Source of the DNA: Acidimicrobiia bacterium
GTDB taxonomy: Bacteria; Actinomycetota; Acidimicrobiia; Spongiisociales; ZC4RG35
Direction: 5' to 3'
Assembly: GCA_040905905.1 (NCBI GenBank)
Contig: JBBDQN010000029.1
Span: 47,154 to 111,153 of the forward strand
Length of the DNA: 64,000 nucleotides
Shown: one piece after another, positions 58,422 to 64,000 of the stretch
Numbering within the stretch: position 1 is the first letter of the stretch
Layout of the letters: each line of letters opens with the position of its first letter
The notes under the pieces: model-generated
Seen by the model: only the letters and a program-made list of their open reading frames with translations
The model's database searches: none
Told to the model about the DNA's origin: nothing
Translations under genes and position numbers: made by a program

Positions 58422-58822
58422 TGGGCGTATCGATCACTATTCGCCGGCGGGTCCAGTGGATGGACACCGACGCGGCCGGACACTGGCACCACTCGACGGC
58501 CATCCGCTGGACCGAGGATGCCGAAGCTGAACTCCATCGACGGTTGGGCATCATCAACGAGACCTTCGGGCTCACCCCCCGGGTTCATATCGAGTATGAC
58601 TTCGGGAGTCTGCTCTTCTTCGACGACGAAGTCGAGATAACCCTGGCGATCACCACAGTGGGAGAGAGCTCGCTTGGCTACGAGGTGCGGGTGAACCGAG
58701 ATGGAGAAACCGCAGTGAGCGGACGCCTCGTCATCGTTCTGATCGATCGGGAGACCGGAAAAACGGTCCCTTGGCCGACCCACATCCGCAACCTGCTCGC
58801 CGGAGCTGATCCGGCTGACTAG
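58421..58822 (+). CDS. 4-hydroxybenzoyl-CoA thioesterase family (hotdog fold)
   Basis: RVQWMDTDAAGH, VGESSL; TGATG coupling to the TetR gene. Confidence 0.88.
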   Translation: MGVSITIRRRVQWMDTDAAGHWHHSTAIRWTEDAEAELHRRLGIINETFGLTPRVHIEYDFGSLLFFDDEVEITLAITTVGESSLGYEVRVNRDGETAVSGRLVIVLIDRETGKTVPWPTHIRNLLAGADPAD

Positions 58823-58852
58823 GCCCGGCGAGACTCGCGGAGAGAAAAGCTC

Positions 58853-60295
58853 TCAGGGCAACTTGACGTATTCATAGTCGGTCGGCCTTTGGTCTATACC
58901 TTTGGTCGGTGGGGCGATCCAAGGAGCGACGTCGCCGGGCTCGAAGTGAGGCCGCATCAGGCTTTCGATGAACTCCTGATCGTCGGTGTTGGGCAGCCAA
59001 TGGTCCCGGGACGCTTCGAATTCCTTCTTGCTCACCACATGGCCCTCGGGCGTCACCGAGATCGTGGAGAACTCCCCGATCTTGCGGTTGAAGGCGCCAT
59101 GGGGAAGTCTGATCTCAAAGTCGATCCCCTGGCTCTGAGTCTCCCGGTTCCAGCGGCTGATGCCGCCCATGCAGTCCTCGATGAAGTCGTCACGGAGTCG
59201 GGCGTTGAGGGCGTTGAGGGCGGGGACTTCGACCTGTCGTAGCTTGCCTTCAACCAGCTTCATCACCGGGTAGGTGGCCTGGCGAAGCTGGTGGTCGTCG
59301 TCGATCTCCTCTTCGTGATAGCGGGCCTTCACTCCGGAGTTGAAGAAGTTGGCGGCGTTGGTCGACTCCTCCGAGCCGAACAGGTCGAGGGTCAGTGAGT
59401 AGTGAAGATTGACCTTGCGTTGGATGAGGGGGAGGTCGATGACCCCGAGCTGGCGGACCACCTCTACGTCATAGGGATCCTCGATCCCGGCGGCGGCCAT
59501 GGCATTGGCCGTGGCCTCGACGATGCGCTTGACCCCCGTGTAACCCACGAACATGTGATGGGCTTCCTCCGCCAGCATGAACCGGCACGTCCGGGACAGG
59601 GGATCGAATCCGGACCGGGCCAGGGCCTCCAACTGCATCTTTCCGTCCCGGTCGGTGAAATAGGTGAACATGAAGAAAGAGAGCCAATCGGGGGTCGCCT
59701 CGTTGAAGGCACCCAACATGCGCGGCTTCTCGGACGAGCCCGACTGGCGGGCGAGGAGGTCTTGGGCCTCTTGGCGCCCGTCCCGTCCGAAATACTTGAG
59801 GAGCAGGTAGACCATGGCCCAGAGGTGACGGCCTTCCTCAACGTTGACCTGAAAGAGGTTGCGCATGTCGTAGAGCGAGGGAGCGGTGTTTCCCAGGTGG
59901 CGCTGCTGTTCGACAGAAGCCGGCTCGGTGTCACCCTGGATGACGATCAGCCTTCGAAGCATCGACCGATATTCTCCCGGCACCTCTTGCCAGGCCGGCT
60001 GGCCGTAATGTTCGCCGCAAGGGATGCGCCGGTCTTCCTCGGGTGGAGCCAGCAGTACCCCCCAACGGTATTGAGGCATCTTCACGTAGCCGAATTTGGC
60101 CCACCCTTCCTTCTCCACGCTGATAGCTGTCCGCAGGTAGACATCTGTCATCTGAAAACCTTCCGGGCCCATCGCCATCCACCAGTCGATGTAGCCCGGA
60201 TGCCAGGTCTCCAGCGCCCGCTTGAGCTTGGGGTCGTCGGCCAACCCCACGTTGTTGGGGATCAGAGCGTCGTAGTCGACCTGTTCCCAGCTCAT
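58853..60295 (-). CDS. boxB: benzoyl-CoA 2,3-epoxidase subunit BoxB
   Basis: VYLRTAISV, QGDTEPASVEQQ, VNVEEGRHLWAM, DRDGK, EEAHH di-iron motifs. Confidence 0.96.
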   Translation of the reverse strand: MSWEQVDYDALIPNNVGLADDPKLKRALETWHPGYIDWWMAMGPEGFQMTDVYLRTAISVEKEGWAKFGYVKMPQYRWGVLLAPPEEDRRIPCGEHYGQPAWQEVPGEYRSMLRRLIVIQGDTEPASVEQQRHLGNTAPSLYDMRNLFQVNVEEGRHLWAMVYLLLKYFGRDGRQEAQDLLARQSGSSEKPRMLGAFNEATPDWLSFFMFTYFTDRDGKMQLEALARSGFDPLSRTCRFMLAEEAHHMFVGYTGVKRIVEATANAMAAAGIEDPYDVEVVRQLGVIDLPLIQRKVNLHYSLTLDLFGSEESTNAANFFNSGVKARYHEEEIDDDHQLRQATYPVMKLVEGKLRQVEVPALNALNARLRDDFIEDCMGGISRWNRETQSQGIDFEIRLPHGAFNRKIGEFSTISVTPEGHVVSKKEFEASRDHWLPNTDDQEFIESLMRPHFEPGDVAPWIAPPTKGIDQRPTDYEYVKLP

Positions 60296-61944
60296 CACAC
60301 TCTCCTCCAATCGAAATCGGGTCGGATCCCGCTCTTATATCGCCGCAGGGCACCGTTCTCGCCGGAAGCGTTGGGGCGAGAGAACACCCAGTTCTGCCAG
60401 GCACTGAGCCGTCCGAAAATCTTGGTTTCCATGGTCTCCGGGCCGGGGAAACGGAGATTGGCCTCTAGGGCCGTCAGTCCGTCGTCAGAGAAGGAAGCGC
60501 GCTCTTCCAGCATGACTCGCAGCTCGTCGTCCCAGTCGAGGTCGTCCATCGCGTCGGTGACCACCCCCACTGCCACAGCTCCATGAGCGTCCAGCATCTC
60601 CCCGATCGTCTTCTGGGCGGATTGGAGGCCGTCGGGATCCCCAAAGAATCGTGTCTCCAGACGGGAGAGTCCGTTGAACATCGGGTAGGCGATGCGGTTG
60701 GCCTCGGTGAGAGCGAGATATGCGATCGCGCCGCCCTCCCCCGACCAGGAACCGGCGAGCATGTAAGAGCGATCGGCGGCCAAGGCAAGTTCGGCCATCA
60801 GCCCGCCGAAGCAGCTCTCGGGCTCGATTAAGGCCATGAACGAGCGGGAAGTGAGATCGACCCGCCGCAGCACTCTCCCCCAATAGAGAAGGACTTCTCG
60901 GACGAGCCAGTGGTCAGTGTGAGTGAGGAGCAACTGGTCGTAGGCGAGGACCAAACCGAGGTCGCCCTTGGTCTTGATGATGAGCGTGCCGATCTCGAGT
61001 TCGTTGAGGCGGAGGTGAAGGAGGGCGTCGTCGAGTTCGCGGCTCAGCCGAAGCGGCCAGAACGCGGCTCCGGCAGCGGCGGCTCCCTCACCATCCGCCG
61101 GCGGGGATTCGTCCGGCCCGGCCAGGGTGACGGTGGCGACGCGCTCCTCGCGGTTGATTTCGACCACGACCAACGAGTAGACGACGCCCTGGTCGGTGAT
61201 GCGCCGCTCGAGCGGAGTCAACTCCACTCCTCTTGTCTTCGGTGGACGATCGCTTCGGCCAGCGAATTCGGCCGCCCGGGCTGCCACAGTCTCCGCGAAG
61301 GAGGAAGCCGGCACCAACTCGTCGACCAGACCCCACTCCCAAGCTTTGCGACCCTTCATGCCTTCGGCCAAGGTGCAGAACACATCTGCCCGATCCCGAC
61401 GCACGTGTCGCTTGTCAGTGAGCCGAGTGAGCCCACCGGTACCGGGGAGGACCCCGAGCAACGGCACCTCGGGGAGGGACACGGCAGCGTTGCGGTCGTC
61501 GACCAGCATGATGTGATCGGTGGCCAGCGCCAGCTCGTAGCCACCCCCGGCCGCGTTGCCTGCCACCGCCGCCAGGTAACGCTGGCCGGAATGGGTGGAG
61601 GCATTCTCCATGGCCAGGCGGGTCTCATTGGTGAACTTGCAGAAGTTGACCTTGAGGGGATGTGAGGCCGTTGCGAGCATTCCGATGTTGGCCCCGGCAC
61701 AGAACATGCGCTCAAGCGCCGAACTGATCACCACCGCCCCGACCTCTGGGTGCTCAAAGCGGAGCCGCTGAACGGCATCGGCCAGTTCGATATCCACCCC
61801 GAGGTCATAGGAGTTGAGCTTCAACTCGTAGCCGGGCTGGATGCCGCCGTTGGGATCGACCTTCATATCCAGGTAGGCGACCCGGCCCTCGATCCTCATT
61901 CCCCAGTGGCGATAAGAATCGGGGTGGGTTTGGAAGTCGATCAC
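60295..61944 (-). CDS. boxC: 2,3-epoxybenzoyl-CoA dihydrolase BoxC
   Basis: FQTHP..YRHW, YELKLNSYDLGVDIELADA, KVNFCKFTNETR, ETKIFGRLSAWQNW. Confidence 0.96.
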   Translation of the reverse strand: MIDFQTHPDSYRHWGMRIEGRVAYLDMKVDPNGGIQPGYELKLNSYDLGVDIELADAVQRLRFEHPEVGAVVISSALERMFCAGANIGMLATASHPLKVNFCKFTNETRLAMENASTHSGQRYLAAVAGNAAGGGYELALATDHIMLVDDRNAAVSLPEVPLLGVLPGTGGLTRLTDKRHVRRDRADVFCTLAEGMKGRKAWEWGLVDELVPASSFAETVAARAAEFAGRSDRPPKTRGVELTPLERRITDQGVVYSLVVVEINREERVATVTLAGPDESPPADGEGAAAAGAAFWPLRLSRELDDALLHLRLNELEIGTLIIKTKGDLGLVLAYDQLLLTHTDHWLVREVLLYWGRVLRRVDLTSRSFMALIEPESCFGGLMAELALAADRSYMLAGSWSGEGGAIAYLALTEANRIAYPMFNGLSRLETRFFGDPDGLQSAQKTIGEMLDAHGAVAVGVVTDAMDDLDWDDELRVMLEERASFSDDGLTALEANLRFPGPETMETKIFGRLSAWQNWVFSRPNASGENGALRRYKSGIRPDFDWRRV

Positions 61945-61973
61945 AACCCAACCATACGTGGCGCAATCATATA

Positions 61974-61989
61974 CTGACCCGCCGGTCAG
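61974..61989. promoter_or_regulatory. palindrome CTGACC-N4-GGTCAG (candidate TetR operator 2)
   Basis: At the -35 position of the leaderless boxC promoter (minus-strand TATGGT at 61956-61951). Confidence 0.7.
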
Positions 61990-62029
61990 GACCAAAGGAG
62001 CAGCGAATGGCCACCGGTCGAGGTAACAG

Positions 62030-62830
62030 GTGGAGCTGATTGACGGCTTCATCGAGGTGGCCGGGCATCGGCTCCAGTACCGATTGTTCGAGCCACACCT
62101 TGCAGCCACCCCGCTCGTGTTTCTCCATGAGGGACTGGGCAGCATCGATCTGTGGCGCGACTTCCCGGGACAGATTGTGGGGCGAAGCGGTCATCCGGCC
62201 CTGGTCTTTTCCCGCTACGGCTACGGCTGGTCCGATCCGCTCACGGAGCCGCGGGCCGTCAACTACATGCATGTCGAAGCAATCGAGGTGTTGCCGATCC
62301 TGGTTGACCGGCTGCTGGACCGGCCGCCGATTCTGATCGGGCACTCCGAGGGGGCATCAATCGCGATCATCTACGCGGGTAGCGGCCATTCGACTGCCGG
62401 CCTGGTTCTCCTTGCCCCCCACGTCTTTGCCGAAGAGGAGGGTCTCAACAGCATCGAGGTTGTGCATGCCTCGTTTCCCGAATCAGAGATGAGCGAGAAG
62501 ATGTCCAAGTACCACGCCGACCCGGAGGCAACGTTTTATAGCTGGGCCGACGTCTGGCTGAGCCCCGAGTTCCGGACCTGGAACCTGGAGGAGTATCTGG
62601 CGGAAATCGGGTGCCCGGTGCTGCTTATTCAATGTGAAGAAGACGAATACGGAAGCCTGCGTCAGCTGGATGCGATCGCGAGCCAGGTGGGTGGTCCGAT
62701 CGAACGGCTGATGGTCTCCGGATCGGGACACTCTCCTCATCTGATCGATCCCGAGGCGGTCACGGCGGCTACCGCTCGCTTTGTCGCCAGCGTCGAGAAA
62801 TCGGCTACCGGGAGGCTTCCCTTAACTTGA
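62030..62830 (+). CDS. alpha/beta hydrolase associated with the box cluster
   Basis: LHEGLGS, SRYGYG, GHSEGAS, GHSPH. Confidence 0.9.
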   Translation: MELIDGFIEVAGHRLQYRLFEPHLAATPLVFLHEGLGSIDLWRDFPGQIVGRSGHPALVFSRYGYGWSDPLTEPRAVNYMHVEAIEVLPILVDRLLDRPPILIGHSEGASIAIIYAGSGHSTAGLVLLAPHVFAEEEGLNSIEVVHASFPESEMSEKMSKYHADPEATFYSWADVWLSPEFRTWNLEEYLAEIGCPVLLIQCEEDEYGSLRQLDAIASQVGGPIERLMVSGSGHSPHLIDPEAVTAATARFVASVEKSATGRLPLT

Positions 62831-64000
62831 AACGCTGGATCTTCCCGGTGGGGGTGCGGGGAAAGTCGTCGACGAACTCGATCAGGTGGGGGTACTGGTA
62901 TCGAAGGAGGCTCTGCTTGCACCAGTCCTGCAGCTCGGCCACCAATGAGTCGTCTCCGCGTCGCTCGCCGGCCAGAATGACCCCCGCCTTGATTCGGGAG
63001 GCGTTGTCGATCTGGACCCCGACCACCGCCGCCTCCCGAACCGCCGGATGTTCCATCAACCGGTTCTCGATCTCGATCGGGCTCACCCACAGCCCGCCGA
63101 TCTTCATCATGTCATCTACCCGGCCTTCATACACGTAGTAATTGTCCTCGTCGCGGTGATAGCGGTCGCCCGAAGCGAACCAGCCGCCCGCCAGCTTCTC
63201 CCGGGTCCGCTCGATCTGATGCCAGTATGCGGCGAGCGCGCTGGGACCGCGCACCCACAACTCGCCGGGTTCGCTGGATTCGATAACCTTGCCCGCCTCG
63301 TCTCGGATCTGCAGCTCGTAGCCGTCGACCGGGATGCCGGAAGTGCCGGGTTTGACGCTCCCCGCCCGGTTTGAGCAGTAGATGTGCAACATCTCGGTCG
63401 AGCCGAGTCCGTCAAGGATCTCAATCTTCGTCCTCTCGTGAAACCGCCGCCAGATCTCGGGCGCCAGCGGTTCGGCGGCCGACACTCCCAGCCGCACCGA
63501 TGACCAGTCGGTCTGGTCGAGGGCGGGATGGGCGAGGATGGCGTTGTAGAGGGCCGGAACCGAGAAGTAGAGAGTTGGCCGGTGACTCTGGACCCGCTCC
63601 AACAGCCTTTCCGGGGTGGGCCTCCCGGTCAGGTAGACAGAGGTGGCCCCGACCGACATGGGAAAGGTCAGGTTGTTGCCCAACCCGTAAGCGTGGAACA
63701 TCTTGGTACTGGAGAACACGACGTCTTCCGGTCCGATCCCCAACACCGGCCAGGCGTAGTGACGACAGGTAGCGGCGACGTCGGCGTGGCGGTGGACCAC
63801 CGCCTTGGGCGCACCGGTGGAGCCTGAGCTGTAGAGCCAGAAGGCGGGGTCATCCTGGTGGGTGGGGACCGGGTCGAGCTCGACAGGACCTTCTTTCATC
63901 CAGTCGTCGAGCGACTCGTAACCGTCGGCCTCGCCGTTGGCCACGATCCTCCGCACAGCTTCCCGTTTTTCCAGCTGCGGGCCCACCACTGGTAAGAAAG
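62805..64000 (-). CDS. benzoate-CoA ligase family protein (5' partial)
   Basis: FWLYSSGSTGAPK, FHAYGLGN, SAAEPL, DGLGSTEMLHI, TGKIQRFKL; frame open to the window end. Confidence 0.92.
   Translation of the reverse strand, partial: FLPVVGPQLEKREAVRRIVANGEADGYESLDDWMKEGPVELDPVPTHQDDPAFWLYSSGSTGAPKAVVHRHADVAATCRHYAWPVLGIGPEDVVFSSTKMFHAYGLGNNLTFPMSVGATSVYLTGRPTPERLLERVQSHRPTLYFSVPALYNAILAHPALDQTDWSSVRLGVSAAEPLAPEIWRRFHERTKIEILDGLGSTEMLHIYCSNRAGSVKPGTSGIPVDGYELQIRDEAGKVIESSEPGELWVRGPSALAAYWHQIERTREKLAGGWFASGDRYHRDEDNYYVYEGRVDDMMKIGGLWVSPIEIENRLMEHPAVREAAVVGVQIDNASRIKAGVILAGERRGDDSLVAELQDWCKQSLLRYQYPHLIEFVDDFPRTPTGKIQRFKLREASR

Noticed and set aside
1-64000. tRNA, rRNA, CRISPR, transposase/integrase, prophage and defence genes
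   Set aside because: None recognised by eye; small ncRNAs cannot be excluded without covariance-model searches

Overview
GC-rich bacterial chromosomal window, most likely Actinomycetota and possibly Acidimicrobiia. That assignment is inferred from the coproporphyrin-dependent heme genes, several leaderless genes and actinobacterial protein families. No rRNA, tRNA, CRISPR or transposase was recognised. Contents in order: (1) a sugar-type ABC importer whose last permease is fused to a metal-dependent amidohydrolase, followed by a 28-bp hairpin and a GyrI-like remnant; (2) stress and regulatory genes (MDR oxidoreductase/TetR, CopB-type ATPase, MFS, ArsR-SRPBCC); (3) a complete hemA-C-D-B-L-E-chdC-cpfC-cgoX operon; (4) a squalene-cyclase-like gene with an inserted XRE HTH domain, plus a ~95-97% identical, internally deleted inverted copy 25 kb away; (5) an ~18-kb catabolic island with three amidohydrolase_2 genes, an NMT1-type ABC importer, a PcaHG paralogue lacking the protocatechuate carboxylate-binding residues, and HpcG/HpcH-like enzymes; (6) an sqr-tusE-dsrE/USP/PNPOx block with DosR/OsdR-like boxes; (7) a canonical pobA-pca cluster with PcaR boxes, next to boxC-boxB and a benzoate-CoA ligase, apparently under TetR control. 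The best candidate for a new system is the retuned PcaHG pathway at 31.8-41.4 kb. All calls come from motif recognition by eye; no database searches were run.
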